From: Acanthaster planci
Lineage: Eukaryota
Reading direction: 5' to 3'
DNA: 64,000 nt
Assembly (NCBI RefSeq): GCF_001949145.1
Contig: NW_019091362.1
Span: forward strand, 832,427 to 896,426
Shown here: piece by piece, positions 49,410-64,000 of the stretch
Layout of the letters: each line of letters starts with the position of its first letter
How positions within the stretch are numbered: the stretch's first letter is position 1
The notes under the pieces: generated by a model
Databases searched by the model: none
Told to the model about the DNA's origin: nothing
The model's input: the letters and a program-made list of their open reading frames with translations, nothing else
Translations under genes and position numbers: made by a program

Positions 49410-51126
49410 AGACGTTGCCGGTCAGGCCCAGTTGGCGTCACCAACAAAAAAAAACAGACCTTGATGCTCTGGCCAACCAGTTTGTGTTCTCCTGGAGGGC
49501 GAGGACTTCAGCGGACTGTTTATAAAAATTCCAGATTGTAGACGAGCCAGTCGTTCAACAAATAAGTCAGGATCCGGTCCTTTTAAGATGGCTCTGATGT
49601 GAATCCAGATGAGCTCTATCCAGGACGATGACACCAGATTAAGAGTTTCCCCGAGAAAGGATTTGGTCTCTCGAGAAGCAGTTGGCTAGTATACCACAAA
49701 AATGACAACGAACCTGAATGAACTTTACAATCTATCATGTTCATCCCCCTACAGAATCCTGACTATTAGGCACACATAAGCCCACACATTCCACTGCTGC
49801 AGTGACGAAATCGACCATGGAAATGTATCACCTAGAGCAGCACTTGAAAGCAACAGAATGCTGCTCTGTAAAAAGTCAAACAAAAAGTGTTGACAATGTC
49901 TGTGCAAATATGGACTTTCTATATATGAACACGAAGCATTTAATATCCAGACAATCTAGTAAGTTGTTTGTGAGCTTGGTATGTAGTTACTTGAATTGAT
50001 GTGTCTCTTCTTGAAATACCCTCTTCTTATGCAGTATGCCAAGAGGGACTTGTGGGACGATCATGCTTCTCCCACTTGATGTAGGTTAAAAGAGAAACTT
50101 TTTAGCATCGGTCTATAAATCAGCTTAATCCTTTTGTGAAATCTCCAGGGTTGGTCTTCCAATCTTAAAACTACATGTAAATGTTCAAGTGAGACACTAA
50201 GGATACCGTCAAAATATCACAGTGAATATATGCATTTATCAACACTCAGCCCAAAACCTCTGAAGCAAAAAGCTTTTAACTAATAACCTTTCCCTGAGCT
50301 AAGCCTCATACAAAATACAAAATTCAAGCTTCTAAATTCAAAATTTTAATTTCAAGGTAAACAAAAGTAGATCAAAAGGGAACTTTCTCCCCAAGAGATG
50401 AGGGAAAACATGTTTTTCACTGTGTTCTGAAGGACTAGGGCCTGCTTGGAAAGTCACAAAGCAAAATAGTGTAGAGTGCCAAAAGCAACTATTTACTGGT
50501 GACCAGGCAAAAACCTGAGACACAAAAAAGTTACAGGAAATCCACAGAAAAAACAGTGAATACTCGATGTAGAAACATCAAATTCCAAAAATCTCTTCAG
50601 AATTCCTTCAAAAGGTCAAATGCAGATCAGTTTCCATACAAATCATCTGCTCACTTCAATTTTTCTTTAAAAAAAAGGCCAAAATATATCCCACACAAAA
50701 AGTCAACTGCTTATATTCTTCAGTTCTACAGAAGCAAAATACTTTCATCACACAAACCATCAGCAACTGCAATCCTTTCTCTGATACAAGCTCACTTCCA
50801 CTCTAATCCACCTGACAAGGGAAACATGCGGAGCAACAATGAAAGACAGCGCTTGCCGGGGTCAAATCTCAATGAAAAGAGAGCTGAGGTATTCCATGCA
50901 TCCAACCTCTCGTGGTATACTAGTATACATATGCACTATCCAATGGTGTCCAAGCTCTAAGCATCCCACCAATGCAGATGGGACGGCTTGGGCTAAAATG
51001 CTGTCAACGTGAAACTCCCGATCCAGATTTACACCAGGTATATCATCCAATACTGATGCGATTATCCCCCCTATAAAGGATGCATACGAATCTGGTTCCT
51101 GATGAAAGAATTCCTTGTCTGCGCAC

Positions 51127-51188
51127 CTTTCTCTCGCTCTCTCCTCCTACTCCCGTGAGAATACGCATTTCCTCCCCTCTTTCTGTGC
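51127..51188 (-). CDS. Candidate 5' exon of DPP4-like gene ((G)TERGEEMRILTGVGGESERK)
   Basis: TTCTTTCCAG acceptor, purine-rich 62-bp body, AAG|GTGCGC donor; open as phase 1 to 0. Confidence 0.3.
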
Positions 51189-54100
51189 CTGGAAAGAATT
51201 CTTGAAACATTCCACGGAATGGATTGATTAAATGCACCCTGGCAATGCTTCAGAGCAGACACACGCATTCACTCCGCAAATTTGAGGAGGCCTGGTTGTC
51301 CATGTCCTGCTTTCAGTCCATCACATTTTGAGCATCAGTAGCAGTATTGCACCTCATCACATTTCACTTCTTTACGGCGGCACATCTCTACTCTTCGGCT
51401 ATAAAGGCATTTTAAATCTACTGGCAAAAAATATCATGAGCTGTGTAGACAAACTCGAGCAGAATTACAATTTGCAGTGACCATCTTTGACAAGATGAAC
51501 TGAACTGTCTCGTTTTGCTTGTTTTTTCTTCGCTCATCACAAAATTAATCAATGCAATTTTTTCAAGCACAAAATTGAACAAAATACTCCTTTAAAGGCA
51601 TGCCTGTGCATACATCGCATCTCGGCCGGATTGATCCAATCCCATTACTCCTCAGGTGACAAATTTGCCCGCATGGACAGTTCATTACAAGCCATCAATT
51701 CCCCGGTATTGGGGACATTGGGGACGTTTAGCAAGCACTAGCAGATCCAACAATGCGTCCATCCCTGAAGGGAGACTGACCTGCTTGACATCATTGATGT
51801 AGAAACACAGAGATAATTGAATTGTCTTTTCATAACTTCAGTGCTGCAGAGACTAAACAACGACCCCCGTCTCATTTGTTAATGAGTAAGCCTATACTTG
51901 ACTCTGATCATTTTGCCATTGTGTACTTCAATTCAGTCAGTCAAGCAAGTACAGGCCACAATCTTTCATTTCTATATTAAATTGTAACCACAAAAATCAC
52001 CCTAGACAAAAAATCAGGCTTATTAGCACAGAATCCATGGCATTGGTAACTCTTTCATCCAACTAAACTGCAAGCAATTAATCAAAAGAAGGCACTTGTT
52101 TTCCAATTATTCATCAGGTGAGAGGATAAAAATGACCCTCTTTACAAAGGAGACTGCTTCAGTCTTTTAGGTTCTTATTAAGAAGCTTGGATCTGGATAA
52201 AGAAACTGAGTGCACATTAACATAAAACTGATGCGAGCAAGAGTAAAAACTTTGAATATGGTTTCTTTTGACCATCCAATTTCAACCAGCCAAACTTTAC
52301 GGAGATCTTGTCCAACTGGTTCTTCAATAAATCAAGGCTTTTCCCTTGCAATTATATAGAGCGGCACGTAAAAGTTTATTACAAAAATGTGGATACTTAC
52401 ATGATCAGTAGCGATTTGCAAAACATAAAAATCACAGATGAGCATACAATTCCACAGTAAAACAATCTGCATTGAAACTTCCGTTTTTGTGGTTTAAGCT
52501 GTATAACCTTGACAACCATGCAAAACAATGATTGCACAACTTCGAAGACACCATTTGCATGAATCCTTTGAGAGAAAACTGAGGAAAAAATAACAGCTGG
52601 GTGTGAACTTTGTCTACCAGCTAATCATAGACAATCCAACACGGAGTTGTTCAAGTTTCCCTCAAGTGGCAACTCTCAGATCTGGTGCAGATGTGAGATG
52701 ATCCGTTGAATTTCTGATGCACAGAACTCACATCATTCAGACAGCTATTAAACAAAGGGTTCTTCGTTCACCCACAAGAGTCTGTCCATATTCTCCCTGG
52801 AGAAAAATACTGATCATGGAGGAGGTATACCCAGAAACCATAACAAACAGCCAATGACAGATTGCCTGAGCAGGGTTTGGCCTAGTGCTAAACTTCTGAT
52901 TCTCCAGGCAGAAATTCTGATTGATATATGACCTAGAAGGACTGAAACAGTGCAACAGTGCAGGGAAGTATCTTACAGCGGGCGCAAGTAAAGCTGAAAC
53001 AAGAAGATCCTCTCCCCGACAGCATTCAGACTTGCTGGCTCAGTGTGAATGAATATCTGGCCTAGAAAGACCTCTTAACATGACATCCATTCACCAGCAG
53101 AAAACAGATCCGGTGACATTTAACATTTGGCGTGGCACCTCAATGGAACAAGCCTCGGCTCCTGGTGGCCATGCCGTAACCCTATCGTCTCGTAATTAGA
53201 CACAAATTAGATTGCTGACTCCTTTGAGGCAACGACTCGATGAAACTATCCTACCCAGCCTCTCTCTGGTCAGGTCTGCACAACCGTCAAGTATTGCACC
53301 TCTAGTGATGAGATCAAATGCACCAGACGTGCAACTCCGACTTCCAACACGGTCACTGTCTCCACAGACGTTCGACAGAAAAAAAAAGTAGAGATTGATG
53401 TAAAACCTTCCGTACACACACACAAATCATAAATGCTATACAGTATGCCCTTTTAATCATGGCAGGCCTAGCAACGAAGAAAGCATATTATGATGTCTGG
53501 CTCTCCAGTCACTCAATCAACACGTGAAGACAACGAAAGACTTCCAACATTTCCCTGAAACAAGCTAAATGTACAATTCATATGACATATATATTTGCTG
53601 CACATCAATGGGTTTCTGCACATAGCAAAGCCACCATGAAAAATGAATGTTCACCTATTCAAGCGTTGGAGATGAACTAAAATGCATCATCCATTGAAAT
53701 CATAACTCTACACAGCAATGAGAACTTGTATGAACCATCTTATACCCTCATATTCATTTCTGCCATTTGGTTGTTTCTTATCAGACAGTAACGCCAAATG
53801 TGATTACACAACATTAATATCCTCCACAATGTCAACTAAAACTGGCTCATAATGTATCCAATACCACTGCCAGCCAGTTGAAATCAGTTCTATTTCATTA
53901 TTTATGTAATTCAAATGATGCAAACGGACTCATGTTGTGTCGCTGAAAAGCTGAAAGTTGCGTTAATAGTCAAGACGACTTAGTGATCCAGTCTGCAGGA
54001 GTAAAATGCGTCATTTGTATTCAGGCAGCTGCAAAATTCAAATCAATTTGCATCAAAATCTAATTCCGGGACTGAAATACACAGATACCACTATCATAAA

Positions 54101-57100
54101 CAGATCATCTGATTAGACAGCACTGGAGCCATCTCCATCGGTGTAACTACGTACAGTCAATCCGACAGAGCAGAGCTTGATGTGCTCGTGGATTTGAGAA
54201 CGATCAGTCTACAGGCTCATTTCACAAGAAAAAGCCTTCACCCTATGAAAAACCCTACTGCTGATAAAACAGCAAATTGCAAATGAGATTTTTTTTTAAG
54301 ACATGCCATTGGGCACAGTGCATTTTGCACATGCAGAGGGAAATGTAGATGTAAGGTGGTTTGGGAGTTAAGGATCTGTTCAAGTCAGCCTGGGGTTATT
54401 ATTGAGAATCAGGAGAGGGGGGAATAGAGGGTTGTGTGATGAGTGGTGTCTCAGGGTGCCACATGCGTGCAATCTGAAAGGCAAATTAAGACCGTGCTGT
54501 CATTTGCCGAGATGTTTGTACATGTACAATATTTCGGAGAGGAGTGAGTAAACCAAACACTCATGTGCCGTCACTATCCATGATCGTGCATCAGCATCCA
54601 AAATGTGGGCTGTATTTTTTTGTTGTTGTTGAGAAAGAGAAAAGGCTAAGAAGTTGGTGGTACTCTAGGGATCATACATGTACCACTATCACCCTGAGCC
54701 TTATGTGCAGGTGCTTCCGTGCAGGTGCTTCCATAGAGGTGCTTATGTGCAGGTGCTGCTTACATGTAGATTGTCATGTATATTTTCATGGGGAGCCCTC
54801 CTTTGATGGGTGGGCAGATAGCCTATTGGTCCATGCAATAAATTGCCCTTCAACACAGTTTGTGCAACCTTCAACTCCTCCTCTTAAAGGTGCAGGTATG
54901 AAGACTGACAAATATCCCTTTGGGGTTAATTGTATTGAAAGAAAAGATACATTTCTTTTTAACAAGTACAAACAAGTACACTGTTGCTGATATCACTCCA
55001 GGAAGACAATGTTCCAAGTGAAAGATTTTCTGTTCAAATTGTGAACCGATATGTACATGTAGTCACTGAAACATTTCAGGGTAGAGGTTTTTCCATTAGC
55101 TTACTGCCATGTACTGCCAAAAAATAAATCACCACAGGAAAGAAATGACAGCAAAATATCAAAAGGTTTCTTAATTTTGTGCCCAGGATTACATCACCAG
55201 TTTGGTAAGGATATGGAAAGAAAGTAATAAAAAATAACGGTAGCATAAAACAAAAACACCCAAACGCGCTATAAGAATTTGAAAATAAGGGTAATTAAGA
55301 CGCTGAACTGGCTCTTAAAAATCTACCAAGAATACTTGGTTGATGATATTTTACGGAGGATATCAGACTTGTCAAACTACTGATAGACACTGAAGTGGTT
55401 CAACCATTAACTGAATTAGTATGAACATATTATAATGCTAACAGAAAAAAAAAATGCATTCTAAATAGGAAAAGTAACTACAGGAAAATCATTTCCCCTG
55501 ATGCAAAGCTCCAAATGGAACGTCTTTACAGTGACGAGAGAAAAACTTTCAATGGCAAATGCATACACATACGTACTGTACATTTCCAATAAAACGGACG
55601 GACTCACTGTATTTACTTATTAAGCTAGACCGAGGGAGAAGTTCTACCCAGCAGGAAGGCTTGCTTGCATTTACCAAATTACTCCCCTAGAGTGCAATAA
55701 CATGGATCGATCCACCACGAATCTACATACATGTGTAACACAACCTCAAACGGTGATGAAAACATGGCATCCAGCATCTAATGTGATACAAAATGACACC
55801 AAGCCTCAGGGACTCATCACATTGAGTGGGCAAGGCTGTCCAAGATGGATGCCTGAACACAGCTCTGAAAAATCTGTATCCTGAAATTGGATGTTGATCG
55901 ATCAAACAGGGAAGCCAACAGTTTGATGCCAGGAATCTTATTTTCATTTAATTCTTAATTGCTTATCATTAAAAGTATCCCCCCCCCAAAAAAAATTCAG
56001 TATATCCACAATATAGGGAAAAATGAACAAAACAACATGTGCATAGCAACCCCCTTAGAATCTCCTGAGAAGCCAAATCCATAATTAAAGACAAACAAGC
56101 ACCTTCCTTAAAAAAAAGAAAAAGCAATCAAGGGACCATCAGTGCTACTGTGCATTATCAAGGTTTTCAGCTGGTTGATCATATCTGCTCTAGGAATCAA
56201 ATAACGCAGTGACAGATCATGTATACCGTACATGTACACTAGCCTGGTACCATTTAACATTTATTGCACTATGGACCTACGGGCACTGAAGACACATGAA
56301 TAATTTATGATAGCTTGATCTCAGACCTCTGGTCTGCGTCTGAATCATTCTCTGACCCTTGTACAAATAGTCATGACTTGACACTGTATTGCAGTATACA
56401 TGTACGCGTACCTCCATTAGTGGTCATTCTTTTTTTCATAATTTCCACAAGTATACAAAATTTTTGCAAATGGTTCCCTTTTGGTCTAGTGAGGATTTGA
56501 GACATTCCACAGAAAGCTTAACATGCTTACATGAATGTTTAGCTTTAAGTACTAGTACCTCATCGATATTCTCCAAGAACAAATGAGTAAGTAACCAGGC
56601 TCTTTCAGACATTTTCTCAAAATTCAGCTTTTTAGGCTACAAAGGGTGTGCGAGCAGTTTATTGATTTTACAAAAAGTAATAAATCAAAGAAAACAAACA
56701 AATGAACAATTAACCCATGTGATTGTTGTGGCTTTCCAAACCAAATATGCCAAATCTTATTCACAAACTAAAAATCACAAGAGTATTTAATCTGCCAAAT
56801 CCCAGACCATCTTGTGCTATTCTGACAGTTACATGTACTGTTTTCTAATAAGTGAAACAGAAATAAAGTAAATAAAAATCTTTATTTCTTCAGAAGCTAC
56901 TGATACAAATTGTAATGATGAAGTGTCTCCCTAAATATAAACTGTGTAAGCAAAACTCATTTCTTGAAACCAATTAAAATCTACATTTAATAGAGAAGAA
57001 ACCAGATTCGGTACATCTACCATATTATACATGTATGTGTACATCTCAATCTCCCGCAGAGATATCACAAATGAGATATTACTCATTGGGGCTGCATATT

Positions 57101-58715
57101 AAAATGAGGCAATGCAACGTCTCCTTAAATAAAATACAATTATGCAGTGTGAACAGTATACAGAAGCCTGAGCAGCATCAGAACAGCCATATTATACATG
57201 TACATGCACCATATGGCATAATGTCATTCTGCACTGAAGACATGTACATGTACCACTCCTCAATTCCGATTGGCCAACAGCATCAGCTGCCTCTAACTTA
57301 TGCAAACTATATGCTAAACAGGTGCAAGGTGATTACGGCAGCAATAGAGGGAGCTGTTTTGAGAGACACTGTATATTTCAGATGTGCATCATGACCCACT
57401 CATCACAGTCTTTGTACATGTACATGGACAAAACGTGTGGTTTACCAGCTGTCTTCCACAAGACCCGATGCTTCTTTAGCATAATATAGGAGCAGTGACA
57501 AACTGATAGATGATTGGTCCATCAGGAAACCAATCATCCTCCCCAGACTACACATGACTCCTGCACGTATCTCTAAGTCAACACAAGAGGGCAGCAGGAT
57601 ACTCCATCAATTGCATTGCATTACAACACAAATGCCACAAATACACTGTAGTGCATGTACACTGTACATATTGAAGATGTTTATCCTGCCACTATGGTAC
57701 ATGTACTAGTACCCTGACACCATATGGTGTATCAACTGCATTTCCTTAGTTGATTCATTATAAACTGAACGTGATCAATAAGCACTTGTTCAAACTATTT
57801 CTTCCTTTTTTTTAATTTGGCTACACAAGAATGGTTTGCCTTTTCAGAGAAAGACCTACATGTAGGTCACAAAGTAAGACAGTTGTTAATTATGAATATT
57901 CTTTTCAATAAAACTCCAATTTCAACCTCTCAATTAACATTTGGAATGAGACCGATGTACAATACACCGTCACTGTGTACATGTAGGTATCAAGGAATGT
58001 CATCATTAACCTTGTCTACATGTAGTTCCCAGTTCAACAGTGTATGTTGTTGTTGTTTTCAGCTAAACAGTTCTTGTGTTCTGGAGTACTAAATGTAACA
58101 CGTACTATAACCAATGAAGCTTTGGGTATACCATTTGGGTTGTTCTCGGAGCTTGAAAATATACAGTCCGAGAAACCTACTGGTAGAAATCTACCTTGTA
58201 AAGACATCAGCCCAAATTTGACATTAAAAGGCTCAAAATAAGGCTTTTGCCTGAAAAAATGGCATCCCTGAAAACTTGTCTGCAAATGAATGAATGCTTT
58301 CCTTAATTAATATGGCCCTCACCGTATCTGCTAATAAGAAAATGCTGGTGATTAGTTGACACTGGCAATGGTCCATTAACATGAAATCCAAAAATAATCA
58401 ATGCATTAGTAATAACCAAGGTGGGCTCCACTTATTTTGATGTTTGACTTTGAATCCATGCTTTTGTGTAACCTCTGTATTTGGAATTTTTAGAATGAAA
58501 GGAATGGAATTGTACGACTTCACTGCAAAAGACGAATAAACCATAAGTACTGCATGTACACCGTACCAGCATAAACAGAGATTTCTAGATTAAGCCTCTT
58601 TGAAGAACTGCAGGCTTTTTGAGGTCAGCTACAACATCTGCATATTCCCTGGCATTGTCTGGGAAAGATAAGACCATGTAATAAACACCATCAAGTACGT
58701 ACATACTGGGAGCTC

Positions 58716-58837
58716 AGGCTGCATCCGAATCTCTTGTCTAGAGCTAGGTCTTGGTCTTCACTCCATTGGAAATGTGTGGGAGACGCATAGACAATAGACC
58801 TAGCCGTAGCTCTGGAAGCCCGTTTCGGACACAGCCT
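58716..58837. mobile_element. Short MITE, possibly Harbinger-type
   Basis: AGGCTGCATCCGAA...TTCGGACACAGCCT TIRs plus internal CTAGGTCT/AGACCTAG pairing; TCA/TTA flanks. Confidence 0.55.
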
Positions 58838-61800
58838 TAGTTTGGCGGTAGTGTTGCTCCTGATACCAAAAACCGCGTTGTGTTGGAGCAGAGGCAGTTT
58901 CACAGATGTGTGTTCAAATACTTAAACACTGGCAGATGCTCGTACTGGCACTTTGCCAACTATTTTGCGAGTACTATTTTGCAAGTACTGTTTGTTAAAA
59001 AAAATATATAAATAAAATGTTTGGGTCTGAAAAAAGTATCGGCAAAGAAAGCCTTTGTTTACAATGTCTATGTAGATGTACCAGTACATTTTGAAATTCC
59101 AGATGAACCTAATTACACGGTATGTGTTGAAACAGCACGCAACTGCACGCTCTTTTTGTTTTTAATTTCATTTAATTTTACCCGTACTTTATTTTATTTT
59201 TGCAAACACTGTCAAGGTTGACAGCACACAGTACATGTACCGACCAGTGCATTCTGTGAATAAACAATGTATTCTGAATGGGGCATATTTTCCTACAAAG
59301 CAAAGGTAACATCATTCCAAGCAAACACAGCCCAAAAAAAACCAGCTGCAAAACGCTTAATGACTGACAGCCTAATTATAACCAGTACAAGGGTCTGGCA
59401 TTCCAATCCCCACAGAATCTGTCTTGCAAAATATCTTCAAAGGTTAATTGCTGAGATTTTTATCATACCGGTACTTCACACTGTCTCGAGAAATTTTTTT
59501 TTTCAGTTTCAAATTATGGTCAGATTTTTCAGCATCACAACATCCACCTTGTTCTCTTGGCTTACGAGAGATAAGCCCAACGCAGTAAAAAGACCTAGCA
59601 GCAATTATATTGATTGATTACGCACATGAAATATTGTTTCAATCTTGGAAAATTTGAGCACAGGTGTCTTCACACCTCAGGGGGTGTACATGTTCTAAAA
59701 ATACACCCCCCCGTCCTTACGGTGAATTAAAAAACCAGGGTCACCTGCTTTATTATACAAAGGCAAATTTCTGTACCTAAGACAGGCTTTAAATGTATAA
59801 TAAGATTTCAAACGTACATGTACGTGCACATGTAGGTACCTGTATGGGCATATGGATGTCACGTTATCCATAGCTCCCCCACAATATCAAAGCAGGATTC
59901 TACTTTAAAATGGAGGACTACAGAATTAAACTGTCACAAATACCTCCAATGTCAGTAAGCTGAGAATAATTAGGTTTCACTGTTCCGCCAGCAACTCGAT
60001 GTACATGTACATGCCATGCACGCTTCTCAAATACATGTACTTATGTTTATGGCCCTGAATCAAATGAGCTAGCACTACATATACCAGGAAATACAATTCA
60101 GGAAGAAACAAAAAGGACTAAAATCTGTAAACCTGTTCTTCAGTACTACCTGTGCTTAACACTGTCTCAAGAACTAATGTGCAATACAGAAACATAGTGA
60201 ATGCAATTTTGCAATTAAATACGGGCATGAATTTAAAACATGGCTTTGTCCCGACTGCAGGCCCAATGCTACACCAAATGCTTAGAGTAAATGGGGCTCC
60301 GATGGAAATTAGAAATAAATCCCACATCCCCGTTGTCGCAGTAGTCATAGGATACCTCGGCTCAACCGTCTGAGTGGCTTGAAGGGTAACAACCACTACA
60401 CAGAGCAGTGTACATTGTCTGGAAACGATTACCCGATGATGTTCCATTATTATAAAGCAGGTTTCATCAATGTGACGGTGGAGTGGATTAATGATAGCCT
60501 GGTTTCATTAAATGAACACTATACAGTGTACATCAACAGGGTTAACTGAGCACATTATATTCGATGCAATTGAGATATGCTTTTCTGTGCTTCAGGAACT
60601 AATGTTACATGAATTTGTGACCGGTGACAAATTTCATTGAGTAACTAAGCAGGTAACTGTGGCTTAGAAAAACAAAACCAAACCAAAATACACCTGAGGG
60701 CTGCAGTGTAAGGTGTAGGTACCACATGCCATCTGGGAAACTATAGGCAACCTGAAGGAAATACCATTGCTCAATAATTCTTGGGTGCTGTGTTATGGCG
60801 AAAAAACTTCATAATATCAAGTTTGAAATGCCATGGGCATGAATTCAAATGAACCTTTGGCAACAATTTGTTTTCTTGCAAAATCAGACTTTACTCTCAG
60901 ACTTTAAAACGCCGGGATGTTTATAGTAAGATGCAAGTTCAATGCATTTCAGATTCCAGGTGTTTCCCCACTGAGCCCAAAACCATCAAAGGTTTTGTAA
61001 AAAAGATAAAACGACATAAATTACACATGAATGTGCGTGTACCAGTATGTTGTCACAGTTACAAAGACATGTAGCCCTGATTCAGAGCAAATACAGAAAA
61101 TGTGTAAGCAGCTTTTGAATTGAACAATAAATACATTTACATGTACATACCAATAGAATTTCTACATATGCTGGTATTACAGTGTTGACAATGCACAACG
61201 TAACAATTTTTTCACAAAAAATCGTGATTTGAGAACATCAGAAAATGAAATTTAAGTTACATGTATATTACATTTAACAGCTTTCTCTGCCAAGTAAATA
61301 TGAATCTATGCACATCATGTTCCCTTGACAATGCTACGGTACAGTGTCTATCCACCATAACAGCTCACATGACAACCACTTGTCATACATGTACATGAAT
61401 ACATGTATGTGTCTGCCTAATGGATGATCAGGCAAACAAGCACCTGACAAAAGCACTCTATACAGATCTGCATCAGTGAATGGCTGGAGTACTCGCATTG
61501 TCTACAGTATGGTTGGACGAGGTGGCGTGAAGACAAACTTGTACAATTATTAATTTGATGTCATGAACACCATTTTTCCCTGTACATTAGTGAACAAAAG
61601 GTTTTAAAATTTGGTATGCTTTCTCTCTGCTTTGGTGTCAGGAGTAGTTATCAGTCCTATCCACACTTAATCTTTCAATATCCAATGTTCCAAATGTTAT
61701 TTATGGATGCAACTCGGTTATTGTGCCCAGAAAATATTTGTATGAGTCATAATATTCCTAGTGTAGGAACAAAAAGTACAAAAAGATGTCACACAATATA

Positions 61801-63974
61801 ATTTTTCAACTTGACAAATTCAGGAATGTCCCATAAGAAAAATCTAAGGTGTTTGAAAAATGTTACTGTGTTTCACTCTGAGACTGGTGTACAAGTCTAA
61901 TGCCAGCCCGCAGGGAGACTCTGATGTGCCAAATCCTGGAACCCATGTGATTGAGTTTTGATGAAAACAGCCAAAAGCCCCTCAGAGACACAATCTCACA
62001 CTTCGCTCTTGTCAGCAAGGGTCAAATGCAGATATTTTTACGTCTTGATGACAGGAGGGAGGCAGCCATCCAATAGTAACCAGAGTCAGTGAAGGCCACC
62101 TGGTCTCCCACCGCAGTATCGAGGATCAATCTCCAAGGAGTAAACTACCAGCCCTGAGGTGAGGCTTACAACCCCCCCCATACACAAACTTGCTGGAGAA
62201 TCTTAGTGCAATCAATAATGAATCACAACACCAATATGTAGTGTTGGGATCTACACATTTTTTTCCCTACGGGAATGGACGTGTGAAGAAATCCAAATCC
62301 TCTGAATGGAAACTGCAGCATTTGTTCCAATCTGCCCAACTGAAAAAAATTATCCCTGTGATGTCTCATAAAGAACAGGCGAAGAATATTTACAGTCTGT
62401 TTATTGTAGAAACAAGAAAATTCAGGCATCACCCACACAGAACCAAGAACATCATTTCCATGTATATCAAACATTGTTTTTTCTCCCTACCTTTCAGGCC
62501 AGAGCAAATTCAGAAACTCCCAAATTGTACACATTTTTCACCTTAAAATTTTCCAACTGCTACATTTTGTGACAGTTTATTTACTTTCTGAAAACCGCCC
62601 CCCCCCAGAAGGAGCCACTGTTGTGACAGGCAAAACGTGTGTATAGGTAATGACAGGACCAGGCATTTAAATGTATCGTACAATGTACATGTGTATTCAG
62701 CAAGGAGGTTGCACACACATTGGCCGGGTAATTGAACTTACATTTTCATGTTTAAGGGCATATAACCATTTCAGATATTCAATTCAAGCCAAGTGCCAGG
62801 CTATGCTATCTCCCATCATCACAATTTCTTCGTTGGATTTACAGTGCCGCAACGAGATGGACGTAAGGGGAGGTTGAAATGAAAACGCCAAGATGCTTCA
62901 CAGGTTATGAGCTCGTGAGAGCATTAAGCAGGCTGGAAAACTGTTCCTTGGGGTAACCAGGCCTCCTCCCCCAAAGACAACGAGTAAGAGCATCTTATGC
63001 CAAGAGTAGCTTATTGACGGATGGTGATAAACATATACATGTACATGTATGTCATACATGCGTGTACACAACTGGCGATCCACAAATGATGTGCATATGA
63101 TACCAGTATTTCATTTACATTTATCGGTACATATCATTTATAAGTCTGTAAAGTCCTTTTAGAAAACAAATATGTACATGTACCGCTCCTGTAATATTGT
63201 TTCAGACATCACCCCTGTTCGTTCTTCTGTGTCTCCATATGCAAGAAGCATTGTAATGGCAATGGTTTATCCAAAGGGAGAAAAACAGGTGTCTTCAAAT
63301 CTTCCTGTGGGCCCTTACTGGAAAAGTTTGGACACTCCTTTTTACCAAGTGCCCATGTACATGTATATGTTAGGTTTGATATTTTTATTTTACACCCCAA
63401 CTCTCCAAGTCCTATCTGCCACAAATACTGATATAAAGCTTTGAGAAACAAATTTCTGAACCAACTTTTGGCACTAAATTGGATCTTTTACTCGTAACTT
63501 ATTGATCTACATGTATACTTTATGTGTGACTTTGGCAAAATAAAAATTGAATGAATTATTTTATACACTAATGGGATGATGTTACCTAAACTGCCTAAAT
63601 AAAGTTACATTTATAATTTAGTTCCAACGATGCCACTTCTTAAACACATGTGTTGAGGTCATGGTGTGAGTACGAGTGGAAGTCTGTAAATTTTCTCCAA
63701 ATGCTCCAAATTAGCCACAAAAAAGGTGGAAAACAAAATCCTAATTAAAACCATTTCACTAAGGCCAAAACAAAAGGCAAATTCTGACAGCATGCAACAG
63801 ATCCTCAGTAACTGCTCATCGAGGCCTGCTCGCTTGATCTAACAGCATCTGATGTTTAATTTGCCACTGTGGTGGTGCACAGTAAATTGTCGCTGAATTA
63901 TTTATCGTGTTAAAGTCCATGTATCACTAGCTCAGTGGTTTGAGTTCTGCCCAGCAGCTGGTCAAACAACTTAC

Positions 63975-64000
63975 CAGTGCTTTGTCTCTCTCTTCCCCTC
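63975..64000 (-). other. Candidate 3' end of an upstream exon running out of the window
   Basis: Minus strand ...GAGAGAGACAAAGCACTG|GTAAGTT, a consensus donor after purine-rich sequence. Confidence 0.3.

Noticed and set aside
50499..50960. 153-aa Lys-rich ORF and other 60-170 aa intronic ORFs
   Set aside because: Composition follows A-rich intronic sequence; no domains or splice support

Overview
Animal (probably marine invertebrate) genomic scaffold with GT-AG introns, seven N gaps and frequent TACATGTA motifs. It holds two convergent protein-coding genes. (1) On +, a two-coding-exon gene, join(1873..2706,3164..3844), 504 aa. It encodes an N-terminal THAP C2CH zinc finger with an extra Cys/His insert, a ZAD-like C4 module, an acidic/Ser-rich linker and an HCF-1-binding motif (EHDY) at the extreme C-terminus. 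(2) On -, a DPP4-family (peptidase S9B) gene. I could chain 16 phase-consistent exons from 27117 down to the stop at 11232 (about 746 aa of ectodomain), with an intact Ser-Asp-His triad. Its transmembrane exon is not visible; it may lie in the 31174-31978 gap or beyond the window. Several candidate alternative 5' exons lie in the 37 kb upstream. The rest is intron/UTR with non-autonomous DNA transposons (hAT-, Tc1/mariner-, Harbinger- and piggyBac-like), tRNA-derived SINE pieces, minisatellites and a triple RFX X-box. I found no CRISPR, rRNA or prokaryotic system. The most unusual item is the THAP-ZAD-like-HBM protein, possibly a domesticated transposase DNA-binding module.
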